Shown one piece after another: positions 23,001-35,126 of a stretch of 64,000 bases of DNA; position 1 is the first letter of the stretch; each line of letters starts with the position of its first letter. The notes below the pieces were generated by a model. It made no database searches, was not told where the DNA came from, and saw only the letters and a list, made by a program, of their open reading frames with translations. Both the position numbers and the translations under genes were made by a program. Source of the DNA: Rhynchopus sp. YZ270_cl-10 (Eukaryota); contig OZ037838.1 in NCBI GenBank assembly GCA_964035575.1, forward strand, positions 992,001 through 1,056,000, given 5' to 3'.

Positions 23001-24562
23001 GCACGGTGCCATTGCCGTCCTCAACCTCACCCCCCTCTCCACAGGGAACCCCATCCGCGATGGGACCGGCTTCCAAGCGCACACCCACAGCATCACCAGC
23101 CTCGCATGGCTCAGTGCAGGAGGCGGGCTCATCGCATCCTCCTCCGCAGACTGCAGTGTGAAGCTGCATCATGAGAGCGGCCTTTTGGTGGGCCTCTTTG
23201 GGGTCCACAAATGGAAGATCAAGGATATGGACACATGGCAAACGAAGGTGCCTGCTGCGCCGTGTAGTGTAGATGTGCTTCCGGTGGATGTTGAGGAGAG
23301 TCCCATCGAGGTCCCCGATGTACATCATTCCGAGAGCGGGACGGAGGTTGGGGAGGATGACGCGTCATCTTCACATACGGGGCGGTCGCAGCAGTCAGAG
23401 GGCTTTCTTCCATTCCCCCTTAAGTACCCGACGGCCGCATGCTACCAGAAGACGACAACCTTTGCCCACGCTGCGTCGTCCAGTGGCAAGGTAGGCACGC
23501 TAGCAGGCACCACGCAGGTGCCTGTGATCCCTTCCCTAGGTGCGCTCCCGGAGAACGTCATCTCACCACCCGAGACGCCACGTCGCGCGCAGACGCAAGG
23601 CTCGCTCTCAGCGCGCATGGTGCAAGAGGCAAGAAGGGCAGGACCACAGCCGCCACAGACAGCGCGCAAGAATGGTATGCAGTCAATGCGTTTTTTTAAG
23701 GTCCTCTAGGTGGTATTGTTTTCGGGGGCTTCTGCGGTTCTGAGAATCAAAAACCGAAAAAAACAGTATTTGTTATGAGTGTCTGGGTCCCCTCCCCTCC
23801 TACCCCTTACGCCCTACCCCTCCCCATGGAACCCCCCCCTTTTCAGACTCCGTCTCTGTCTTCTGCGGTAGCGACGACGCCTTCGACCCTCGAAGCGTGC
23901 TTGGCCCTCACATCTCCTTTCAGAGGGCCTCACGCACCTCCTTTGTACGCGCACACCGCCCTGGGAGCGCTGCACACGAGCGGAAGAAGCGGCACAACCG
24001 CGCCCCGCCAACAGTGGACACCCGGCAGGACGTGATGCCGACCGTGTTCGATGCCTTCGACTCGCTGCGGGCAGAATCGCCACGGCGGGTTTTGAGCGTG
24101 GTTTCGGCACCACAGGAGCCGACACCGAAGAAGGTGGGGCTGACTGCGGAGCAGCTGGAGGCGAAGATCGCGAAACTGGGCACCGGGGTGCGGAAGGGGG
24201 GAGTTGTGCGGGATAGGTCAAAACGGCTGCGCCGAGAGGAGGTGACACTGCACAAACAGCTCCAAGAGTCTGCCAGCGAGCGCCGCCGAGACGGCAACGT
24301 CATGCGCTGTGGCGTCTGGAACACCCTCCAATGCCTCTCACCAGGGCAGGCCAAGCCGCCCCCCTCCTTCCACAGCAACGCCTCTTCAGCGCGCCCCGAC
24401 GCCAAAAAATGGCGTTCCTGCCGTCTCTGCCGCGACTGGGAAACAACAGAGGAAAAGCTAGACCGTACTCGAGGGCTATCCAAACCAAGCGACGTCCGGA
24501 AAAACGCAAACACCACAATAAAATGGGCGAACAGCGACCTCCACTCTGAAGGTATAAGATAA
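20098..24562 (+). CDS. EF-hand + WD40 repeat protein (WDR49/WDR64/EFCAB8-like architecture), 3 exons, ~1365 aa
   Basis: Exons 20098-20663, 20859-23674 and 23847-24562; GT-AG introns 20664-20858 and 23675-23846 join the frames (HPRNGR|YYTFSRDGTVKLW). EF-hand-like FSYIDARGTQRVDWNGFSTY precedes canonical WD repeats (GHAKSVFSLDW, GHTASLLHV, TAGYDRCVKVWD). Confidence 0.8.
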
Positions 24563-25573
24563 GAGGAGAAAAAGGGGGTGTAGCACTGTATGTTATTCTG
24601 TTAAAAAGGATGGGTGTTGTGTGGTCGGTGTTGTGTCTGGCTATTTTTTTTTTTTTTTTGGTAAGGGTACTCACACTTTTTCTTTTGTTTCTTGTCCTTG
24701 GGTTTCCCAAAAATCCGAGCGGGCGGGCGGGAAAAAAAAAGTGAAGCAAAAAAAAAAAAAAGTGGAGGAAAAAAAAAGTGAAGGGGGAAAAAAAACCTGT
24801 GCGGTATTTTTCCGCCCAAGAGGGCGTTTTGTTGCAGTTCCGAGTCAATCCCGGCTTGTGGTGGGGGATATTCGGAAAAATGGACAAAATTTCAGTGACT
24901 TAAATTTTTGCAAAATATGAACCCATACTCGTAAACAAGGGTCATTTTCAGTCTAATTCTGGGAATTTTCCGGAAAATTCGGAAAATTCCGACATTTGGA
25001 AGCAATTTTTTCCCCTGAAAAAAGTGGGTGTTCAGCCCCAAAACGTACCACGGGTGGCATTTCCGGAACCCGTCCGCGCTGTGGTGGCCAGGGTGGGGTC
25101 ACTTTACCGAAATGGCCAAATTCTTGGTTTTGGTCAAAATCCATGTAGGGAAATCCCAAATCCAGATTTTCTCTCCCTGATCCTCGGCGTCAAAATACGA
25201 AAGTGCCCGAAAACACCGGCATTTGCATTTCCGGAATCCGTCCGTTGTGTGATGGGGTCAATTTTCCAAAATGGACAAGTTTTTGGTTTTGGTCAAAACC
25301 CGTCAGTGTAAGGTAAAGGGGAGCCGAGTGTTCGCCTGTAGAACTGATAGAAAAAAGGCAGCGCCGCAGGCGCACTTTACCAACTTTTTTTACTCGTGCC
25401 ATTTTCTTTTGATTGCACGAGCCGATTGCTCTCCGCCGTGGGGCTCAGATTGGAGCGTGCAGTTCTCTACCTTGTGGGGATGTTGCAGTAGTCAGCAACA
25501 CAGCGCCGCAGGCGCACGGTACGCTACTTTTTCCTTTTTTGAAAACTTGCACGGTGGCCCATTCCTACCCTTA

Positions 25574-25716
25574 GGGTAGGGTCCGCGGGGGGTACCCCAT
25601 GGGGTACCCCCCAGACTACCCCATGGGGTACCCCATGGGGTACCCCCCAAATCTGAGGGGTACCCCATGGGGTACCCCCCAGACTACCCCCGGGGGTACC
25701 CCATGGGGTACCCCCG
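25574..25716. repeat. GGGGTACCCC palindrome array (left)
   Basis: Repeated ggggtaccccatggggtacccc units; 25574-25597 is an exact reverse complement of 28510-28533. Confidence 0.9.
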
Positions 25717-25720
25717 GTAC

Positions 25721-26039
25721 AGGTACACAGGTACACAGGTACACAGGTACACAGGTACACAGGTACACAGGTACACAGGTACACAGGTACACAGGTACAC
25801 AGGTACACAGGTACACAGGTACACAGGTACACAGGTACACAGGTACACAGGTACACAGGTACACAGGTACACAGGTACACAGGTACACAGGTACACAGGT
25901 ACACAGGTACACAGGTACACAGGTACACAGGTACACAGGTACACAGGTACACAGGTACACAGGTACACAGGTACACAGGTACACAGGTACACAGGTACAC
26001 AGGTACACAGGTACACAGGTACACAGGTACACAGGTACA
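25721..26039. repeat. Perfect 8-bp microsatellite (AGGTACAC) x ~40
   Basis: 39 perfect units plus a 7/8 unit, read directly from the sequence. Confidence 0.97.
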
Positions 26040-28310
26040 GCCAGAGTGCCAGAGTCAAGGGTCCGCGCGGGGTCCGCCCCCCGATGACATAACGAAGTAT
26101 CGCTTGAAAATACCGTTCAATATATGTTGCTTGGTGTGCATGAAGAAGGACACACAAGGTATATCAAACGATAAATCAATCAGATAAACGTTACATCATC
26201 GGAAAATTGTTGGCACCGCCCCCCTGTCTTCGTATTTATTACCCCGTCGACAGGCCAAACAGCGTTGGGCTCAGAAGAAGCAGTGCAAGACAGTCACTGG
26301 GGATCAACATGAGAACCAACTCCCAACAACACAGGCTACCGAAGTAGCAGGTGGGGTGTTGCGGGTGTTTGGGGTGAGAAAATCGATTTTGGTAAGTTGC
26401 AGCAGAACATTCTTAAGTTCGCACTAGTCGAGAGAGGCTTACCCGCTGCAGTGAAGCAGTGCACCCATTTAAGGGTGGAGAAGCGTGACACGCACATACA
26501 AGTATGTACGTTACTTCAACAAAGGCTGAATTCTGGTAATTCTAAGGGATGTGAATTCAGCCACCACGCAGGTAGTGTTTTAAGGTTCCTCGCTTTGTGC
26601 TACACAGCGGACTCATGACACAAAGGAGTTGCCCCCGCTCTCTTTCGCGCAAACTTAAGAAAATTCTGGAGTCACTACAACCTGGCGTGCGGGTACAGAT
26701 GCATTGCTTTGTTCTTTCCTCAAAGTCATATCTGATCTCTCGGGTCTGTACTAAAGTCAGTGTTTAGATAAGCATCCACTTGACTCGTTCTAACAACCGT
26801 TGAAATCTAGAACAAAACAATACACTGCCCCTTCTCACACCAAGCCGCCATGCTTCAAGAGCATGCCCTGGGCAAAAATTACTGTGACAAAAATTGGTTT
26901 TCTGGGGGAACGCGATATTTTCTTGTGCCTACTGTAGTCCTCCGCAAGAGCAGAGGACAGACTTTCCGGATCCCGAAGTCGAATTTTTTGCACTAGCTAT
27001 GCTCCCTGGGTTAAATGGCTATAGCAGTGACTGACTAAGAGTTTCATAATAATTGGGGCGGTCTATGGGGTGGGTTAATGGAAAAATTGGTTTAAAAACC
27101 CAACTTTTGCGGTCCCCACCCGGTTTGCAATAATTGCACCAGCTCTTCCATCGGCACTGTTTCGCTGTCACGATGAAGGGTCGTCGGTTCGGGTACCTGT
27201 TGAGAGAAATTGAGTGCAAAAGTAGAGACTACAACAAAAAAAATCAAACAAACAAACAAGAAGCCGCTCCGTACCTCTTCCATGCAAAAAAGAAAGTAAA
27301 AGACTGCCCTTCCTCAGTCCGGAAGTAGCACCTCATCCGGTTCCCTGACGTAAAAGAGTTGTAGAGGTTACGAGATGCCATGATAAAAAAGTAAAAGTGA
27401 CAATTTTGACAATAAAAATATGCTTCGATTTACATCCGAGCGGGACAAAGGCGAAAAGGGGGAGCGGGGGGGTGTAAAAACCGGGGCTTAAAAACATACC
27501 TTGCAGCACTCGCTCGGCCTACTCTCCAGGTACGAGAACATCACTGCACGAACAATCCCACTGATACTGATACCTGCATTCTATTTGTTGCCACATGGTA
27601 AAAATGACCAAAACTTCGACCAATTTTTTTTTTCTTCACAATTTGCTCATTGAGGCTTTGTATTTTTTGGGCCATTTATGACCCACCACGCCCGATTTTG
27701 GCGAGAAGAAAAAAAAATTTGGGTCAAAAATCGACGCGTCTTTGGTAAAATCACGACTTTTCGGGCGCGAAACCACGTTTTAGACCCCCACAGATGCTCA
27801 AAAGTGCCAAATTTTGCTTTTAATGGCCTCAAAGGATCACGGGAGCACCCCTCGTAATTACGAGGGCTCCCCACGCCGTGACGTCGTCATTGCGCGCGTA
27901 ATTTCCCACGTATGCGGGCGTGGTTGGTCATAAAATGGCCCAAAAACCCCAAACAAAACCTCAGATTGACCAAATCGAGGAAAAATTGTCAAGTCGAAAT
28001 TTCAGCCAAAATACGGTCATTTTGGTTATACCCCGCGGTGTATGCAGTAGCTAGAACACGTACACAGCTAAGTTCCTAAGCGATTTCCTTCACATTTTTC
28101 ATGAAAAATTGGTCAAAAATCGACTTGTCTTTGGTAAAAAAACCACGAAAAATCGGCTGCGCAAAACCACGTTTTAGACCCCCACAGATGCTCAAAAGTG
28201 CCAATTTTTGCTTTTAATGGCCTCAAATCGTCGAAATTAGGCCTATATAGGGCAAAAAAAAAATTTTTGAGAGTCCCTTTCCCTGGGAGGCAATAGCCAC
28301 CGGGTGTGCA

Positions 28311-28603
28311 GGGGGTACCCCGGGGGGTACCCCCCAGGGTCCGCGGGGGTACCCCATGGGGTACCCCCGCGGACCCTGAGGGGTACCCCATGGGGTACCC
28401 CCGCGGACCCTGGGGGGTACCCCTCGGGGTACCCCAAACCCCCCAAAGGGTACCCCGCGCGGACCCTACCCAACCCTGTGGGGTACCCCCTGGGGTAGCC
28501 CACGCGAGGGGGTACCCCCCGCGGACCCTACCCTGTGTGGTACCCTACCCTGCGGGGTACCCCTTTTGGGGGTACCCCCGGGGGTACCCCCAAAAGGGTC
28601 CGC
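28311..28603. repeat. GGGGTACCCC palindrome array (right)
   Basis: Many GGTACC-centred palindromes with gggtccgcgg/ccgcggaccc arms. Confidence 0.9.
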
Positions 28604-29143
28604 TGGGCCACCGTGTGGTTGTATTAGTGTAGACACCCGAGGATGAACTCCACTACTTGCCCGGCTACAACGTGCCAAATGCTCTGGTCGCATGACCACG
28701 GGGGGTCATCAACCTCCAAACCCCATTTTTCTCGGGGGTCACCATGTAGAACCCTGTGAAAATCCGGAGTTTTCTGGAAAAAATAATGGGGTGGACATGG
28801 TCCCACCCCGGTCCACCTTGGTGGAAACCCTGTACATTTTTTTTTTTTGCCCACTTTTTTTTTTTCCCCTCCCTGAAAAATCCGAGCGGGCGGGGACAAG
28901 AAACAAAAGAAAAAGTGAGAGTACCCTAAGTGGTGTTTGAAATTGGTTATGGTGGAATGTTGCGTACATTCGTTTCTCAAGTTTTTCTTCTATTTTCTTT
29001 TCTCCTTCTTGTGTCTATGTTTTGAAGGCTTCTACACCGACTTTAACCCTTTTCCTTCTCTTGTCATTATTTTTGGTGCACTGTCACAAGAGGGTTTTTG
29101 TATTTCAAGTCAACTTTGTATATTTTTTTTTTTTTTGCACAAC

Positions 29144-29885
29144 ACAGGGTTTTATCCAGGATTCTGGGTTTTTGGGCCTCAGGGGGTACATTTCCCCCCC
29201 AAAAAAAAATGAAATTTTTACTAGTGCTTGATGTAATGAAGAAAATTTTTTCCCCCTGCGGGGAAAAAACTACGCTGATCTTCTCAAATTGTTCTCGCAC
29301 GGCTTCGTATGAGCCGTCCCGAAGTTGGTTCTCCGATTTGCCCGTCTCATGAACTTATCGATCCTACCATTGGCATAACTTCAACTGCCACGGCTACGTA
29401 CGGGAGTGTTTCTCACACGCAAACTTCAGTACGGAAGAGAAATCATTATCGCTGCAACTTGTTATCGCTGTTTTCGCAGTCCTGGCTGATAAGAGACAAG
29501 AGCTGAGGTATCTGCACGTTCACTTTGCTCTTAGACCGTCTGACCACAGCCTTGGTGTAACTTTGTCGGGTAAACCTATTACACCAATTGTCTGCTTAGA
29601 GTACCAGTCGCAAAAAACTTTGAGCAACTAGACATCATGTTTGTTGTCGTGGAGGGGTAGCATGGGGACACTGTCTAACCTTTTTTTTTTTTTTTGGCTT
29701 CTTTTGACCGAGCGAGCCAATTGCTCTCCACGGTGGGGTCACATGTGATATAGGACCTCCCTCCTATGTACCCCCAAAAGACAAAATGTACCCCCTGACA
29801 GGGGGTACATTTTTCAAAAAAAAATCTGGAAAAATCCTCAGGGGGTACAATGTACCCCCTGTACCCCCCCTGGATAAAACCCTGT
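29144..29885. mobile_element. Putative MITE with 17-bp perfect TIRs
   Basis: acagggttttatccagg (29144-29160) and cctggataaaaccctgt (29869-29885); subterminal cagggggtaca repeats at both ends. CAAC flanks both sides, but there is no clean 8-bp TSD. Confidence 0.6.
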
Positions 29886-30705
29886 CAACAAAAACAGCGC
29901 TTTTACAAGCAATATGTTCATTGTGCTTTCAAACAACAGTTTTTTCTGTTTTTCTATTATTCCTACGAAGCTTGTTTTAAAAGGAGAAATAGTATTACCG
30001 GGTACGGCCAAATCATTCCTCAAACAGGAGGGATTGTGTAATCAACGCAACAACGTCACCTACCCTACTATTTTTTGCGCAGCTGAAGCTGTGCGATAAC
30101 GAATATGATAAGGTGACTAAGCACGAGAGGCTTAGGATCATCTTATAAACCTTTCTTCTTTTTTTACCGCACGTAGGTCAGTCGGAGCCCTTGCTGTTCT
30201 ATTAACCTGGTCCGTGTCATGCCAAAGGAACCCTCTAGGTCTTACCCCCTTAGGTGGGGTTCTAGTAGACACACAAATTATGGTGTGACACATGCCTCGA
30301 GTGTTACACTGAATGGCCAAATTTTTGAAGTTTTTTTGACGCATGGTGCATCAGGTCCTATCCCCTTCCTCTTACGGGGTGAGGGGTATCCCCAGCTGGG
30401 GTAACGCAAAAAGAAAAAGTATAGCGGAGCGTTCTCTTGGCTGACGCTAATACAACCAAAGTATTTCAAAAAAAAAAAGGGCGTTTTCTTTTTCTCCTTT
30501 TGGTAACCCAACCCCAATCCCTTTTTCTTATGACACTCCGGGGGGTTTGATAACCCGTGGAGTGTCAGTGCCTGAGTCTCAGAGGCATTTTGCACTATAT
30601 CAACTTCACATTTCTTGACAGAAAGTGGAGATTGCACAACTGTGGCAACACAACTGAGACAACTACACTACTCCAACAATTTATCAGGAAAAATAAAACA
30701 TAAAT

Positions 30706-31782
30706 ATGCCTCTTCATCGTGCATTTGTTTCGGAGGCGGATGAGGTGAGGAAGGCTATCTTGGAGATTGAAGGGGAGTTGGGGAGGCAGAGGAGGAGGCT
30801 TGCCTCACTTGCAACCACGCCACCCGCACCCGCACCACCCACACCCACACCCACATCTACCCGCAAATTCCTTGACATCGCTGTCAACTTCACGGACCCT
30901 ATGTTCCGTGGGGAGTACCGTGGCAAGCAGGCGCACGCAGATGACCGTGACCTCATCCTCGCCCGCGCTGCTTCCGTTGGATGCACACAATGGCTCATTA
31001 CCGGAGGCAACCTTGAAGAAAGCCGTGCTGCAGTGCAGCTCTGCAAGGACTACAAGCACAACCCCCACGGCATTGAAATGCGTTGTACAGTGGGCTGCCA
31101 CCCTACTCGCTGCTCTGAGTTTGAAACAGGGGAAACAACGATTGATGGGTTGAAGGAGGTGATCGTGTCTGGTCTGGCTGAAGGGGTGGTCGCGGCGATA
31201 GGAGAATGCGGGCTAGACTACGACCGCGAGGAGTTCTGTCCTCGCGAGGTGCAGAAGAAGTGGTTTGAGGCGCAGCTTCAGCTGGCACACAGCTTTCAGC
31301 TTCCGTTGTTCCTTCATAATCGGAGTACCGAGGGGGATTTTGAAAAGGTGCTTCACGCAAACAAAGCGATTTTTACGAGAGGCTGTAGTCATTCCTTCAC
31401 GGGAGATGCAACAGAACTGCAGAGTCTGCTCGCAACAGGGGTAGCAGTTGGCATTAACGGTGCGTCGCTTCGAGCGGAGTACTCACAGGAAATGATCACA
31501 TCGCTTCCGATGGATCGTATTCTTCTGGAGACAGATGCTCCGTGGTGCGACATCCGCGCGACCCACCCAGGGCATTCGTTGGTCAAAACAACCTTCCCGC
31601 AGGTTAAAAACGAAAAAAAGTTTGAGCTTGGAAAGACAGTAAAGAACCGTCAAGAGCCCTGCCACATCGTTCAGGTCTTTGAAGTGCTGTGTGGGTGGAA
31701 GGGTGTCACCGATGCAAGCGAAGTCACCAAGGCGGAAACACTCCTGTATAATAACGCAGCGAAGATGTATTGGGGGGCTTGA
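30706..31782 (+). CDS. TATDN1: TatD-family DNase (TATDN1-like), 358 aa
   Basis: Motifs DIAVNFTDPMFRG, TVGCHPTRC, AIGECGLDYDR, LPLFLHNR, HSFTG, ILLETDAPWC, NRQEPC. Confidence 0.93.
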   Translation: MPLHRAFVSEADEVRKAILEIEGELGRQRRRLASLATTPPAPAPPTPTPTSTRKFLDIAVNFTDPMFRGEYRGKQAHADDRDLILARAASVGCTQWLITGGNLEESRAAVQLCKDYKHNPHGIEMRCTVGCHPTRCSEFETGETTIDGLKEVIVSGLAEGVVAAIGECGLDYDREEFCPREVQKKWFEAQLQLAHSFQLPLFLHNRSTEGDFEKVLHANKAIFTRGCSHSFTGDATELQSLLATGVAVGINGASLRAEYSQEMITSLPMDRILLETDAPWCDIRATHPGHSLVKTTFPQVKNEKKFELGKTVKNRQEPCHIVQVFEVLCGWKGVTDASEVTKAETLLYNNAAKMYWGA

Positions 31783-32290
31783 TCTCAGATTCGAAAAAAG
31801 AAGGAACATCACATGAGGAGGAGGAGCTCATTACAGTATGATGGACAAAGCATTGGTGGGGTACAATACATGTACATAGGGGAGGGAAAAACACCGGAGG
31901 GGTAAAAAAACTAAGGTAAGGAGGGTTTGTACGCCGATGTTATGTTGTATTCTAAAGGTACACTGTCACGAGAGGGCTTTTGTATTTCAAGTCAACTTTA
32001 AAATCTTTGCGGAAGCTGGTTGTACAAAAGGTGGACATCTTCTCCCCCTCCCAGCATCTCCTTTGATTAGAAGGAAACCATGCGGGCCCAAAAGGTGTTC
32101 TTGATCATTTTCAAAATTTCAATTTTCTCCCCCAGATGAAATGCACCAAACGACGAGTTTTCCACACCCTACTACAGTTTTCTTTTTACACAGTCAAAAC
32201 CTTCACCTTCACCTTCCTCTTTCGACTCTTTTCTTTTCACAGCGCCCCTCCCCTCCCTTCTCCCCCCCTACCCCCTTCCTTCCCCACAAA

Positions 32291-34109
32291 ATGGTTGAAA
32301 AGCGTAAAGGAATGGCATTTGAAGATGCGTTTTCAAACACCCCTTTGAGCCCCGTCTCTCAAATCAGCAACAAGAAGAAGGCGGAGTTGAAGGAGGATGA
32401 AGAGTCACTGCTTCCCTCCGCACCTGCTCCCCACAACAGATCTTCCACTGCAGACGACGACCCGCTTCTGGAGAAGAAGAAGCTCGAGACCGGGACCTTC
32501 ACGATATTTTGCATGACGATCTTCAACTTCGCCTATGGGTGCGTATCAACGACAATGGGGCTGTTCATTTTACCAGCCGAAGCAGTTCGCCTTTTCCCTG
32601 AAGACGAATCCATGGCTTTAGGCTGTTTTCTTTTGGTCATTGGAGTGTCACAACTTATCTGCCCTTACACAGGGTTGGTCTCAGATCGATGCACTTCACG
32701 TTTAGGAAGACGGAGGCCCTATATCCTGGGAGGCACCGCGTTGGCGTTGATGAGCGTTTCGGTGATGCATTACGCGTCGCTGCATTTGTTCCGTTGGGCG
32801 TTCGGTGTCGCATTGTTCTTTGCGATGACTGCCTTAAACGTTATATACTCCGCGCAATGCTCCCTAGTTCCTGATTTGGTTTCAGAAAGCAGACAAGGTG
32901 CTGCCTCAGGGATTGTTGCTGTACAACAGCTTATGGGGTCATTCTGTGGTTTCGTTATCGTAATGTATTCTGCGGGTACTGATATTCACCTCGCATATTT
33001 CCTTTACCAGGTTTTATTAACGGGAGTGATCTTTGTGGTCTGCATGGCCGCAAACGAAACACCATTGGAAGGAAAGGTATCACAACCAACAGCAAAGGAG
33101 ATCATAAAGAGCTATTCCATTGATACGTCGAAGGATATGGACTTTTTTTGGGTTTTTGTGAGCAGAACGTTTTTCTATGCTGCGGTGTCTTGCCAAGCTT
33201 TTATGATGTTTTATATACGAGACGTCGTTGGGACCAAAACAGAGAGTCAAGCGAGGGAGCAAATGGCAGCGATTGCGATGATCGGTCAGATCACTGCGGC
33301 GTCTGTCGCATTTCCGGTAGGGCGTGTTTCGGATACCCAAGGGCTGTCGCGGAAGTCGATGATATACTTTGCGTGCGCAGTGATGACGGTCGTTTACGTT
33401 CTCTTCGTCGTGGTGCCTCTCATAGCCCCCGCAGAGTCTGTAATCTATTATATCTATGGGGTAGCTGCGTTCTATGGTGTGGGGAACGGATGTTATCTTG
33501 CAGTGGACTATGCGCTTGCCCTGGATGTCATGCCCTCCAAAGCAACAAGCGGGCAAGACCTAGGTGTATGGGGTATCGCAGCGTTCATTGGATCAAGTCT
33601 AGGCCCCATGGTGTGGGGGTTTGTGCTAAAGGCAGGAGGAAAGTCGGGGCAGCTTGATGAGTATGTGGAAAAGGGGGGGCATTTTTGTGTTTTGTTGTCA
33701 TGTTTACTAATTTTTTTTTGTGGAAGCGTCAACGCATCAAACAAGAAGAAGGGGGGGGGGGGGGGGTGAGGGAACGACAGGTGGCACCTTTTTAAAAAGG
33801 GTGAGAGTGAAGGCTTACGTTCTGGCAGTGAATTGGAGGGAATGTGGTTTGGTTGCGGCGGTTGAGCAGCCAAATGGCGAAGGGTTTTATCTTTATGAAA
33901 ATATTCTTTGTGACGCAGACTCAGTGTACCGTACAAAAAAAATGCAACCTCATTGGCCATGTTCACAAAAATACCCCCTTATTCGTTATCAAAACACCTC
34001 ACACAACTACAGGTATCTATTCAGGGGTTATGTGCTGATGCTGGCTGGAGGTTGTCTCGCCTCTTTTGCCTCTGGGTGGTTTGTCAAGTTCGTGAAAGGG
34101 AGCAAATGA
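32291..34109 (+). CDS. Major facilitator superfamily transporter (sugar/SLC45-like), 2 exons, ~488 aa
   Basis: Multiple hydrophobic helices; MFS motif GLVSDRCTSRLGRRRPYIL and a second GRVSD. Intron 33661-34012 (GTATG...ACAG) supplies the last TM exon YLFRGYVLMLAGG...KGSK*. Confidence 0.88.
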
Positions 34110-34370
34110 TATTGCTTGTCAAATGCGTATTTCGATGAAGGTGGGTGTGGGGACGGTCGAGGGGAGGGGGGGGAAAAAAAAACGACAGGTGGAGATTTGC
34201 ACAACTGTGGCAACACAACCGAGGCAACTACACTACTCCAACAATTTATCAAAAAAAGGTTGTCGGATTGTCAAAACGTTTTTTTTTGAGACGTGAAATG
34301 CATGGTGGTTTTTGTCCGATATTTGTTGCTGCTTTTCTTTTGTACAATGTGTGCGCGCGAGAAGGAACAG

Positions 34371-35126
34371 CAGTGCTCTCAAGATCCTCCACGTAGGGGA
34401 GGATATTTCCTCCAGGGGCTTTTTTTTTTTTTTTTTCAGGCTTTTTTGGTGGAGGATTTCCTCCACTTTTTTTTTTTTTTTGGCGGGCTCGGGTGGAGGA
34501 TTATCCTCCTAGGGGTTTTATAGTGGGGGGTCACTTTGTCTCCCCCGAGGGAGCCAATATTTTCCCGAGCCTGTATGCACCGTCCAGGGCTGCACCTTAA
34601 AAAAAATTTGCTTGCGGCGCCATTTTCATTTTTTGCTACTCAAAAAAAGGGTTCGTTGAGTGATTCTGTAGTGTAAAAGGAAGCATTTTTACACCGTACC
34701 CCAATTTTTTTTCGCCTGCGGCGCCATTTATATTATTTTTTTGCTCCGCAAAAAAATAGTTGGCAATGTCTTTGGATACCCTTGTATTTTGCAGCCAAAA
34801 AATGCAACGTGACCAAAGCTGCAAAAGTTTTGCCATTTAAAAAAAATTACCCGCCGTTGCATCAGCCCCTGCTTCTGGAAGACGTATTGGTTTTGTACGG
34901 TTCGTGGAGCGTACGGTGCAAGAGAAAGGATTAGATTTCCGTTTTTTGTTATCTCGCAAAATTGACCCGCCTCTCCGCTCTGTGGCTGTCAGGGAGGCGC
35001 GCGCGAAGCGCGCGACGACCGCTTGTTGCGGGGGAAAAATTTTTTTTTGGGGGGTTTTTTTTGCAAAAACGAATCCTCCTCATTTCGAAAATTCTGCTTT
35101 TTTCGTGGAGGATCTTGAGAGCCCTG
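34371..35126. mobile_element. Non-autonomous hAT-type element (MITE), 756 bp
   Basis: 23-bp TIRs cagtgctctcaagatcctccacg / cgtggaggatcttgagagccctg (1 mismatch); exact 8-bp TSD AGGAACAG at 34363-34370 and 35127-35134. Confidence 0.88.

Noticed and set aside
25524..26157. ORFs with YLCTCVPV / HRYTGTQV repeats
   Set aside because: They are translations of the 8-bp microsatellite, which has no stop codon in any frame.
26090..27600. Transposase inside the nested inverted repeats
   Set aside because: Only short ORFs (<75 aa) are present, with no DDE, Helitron or RT motifs that I can recognise.
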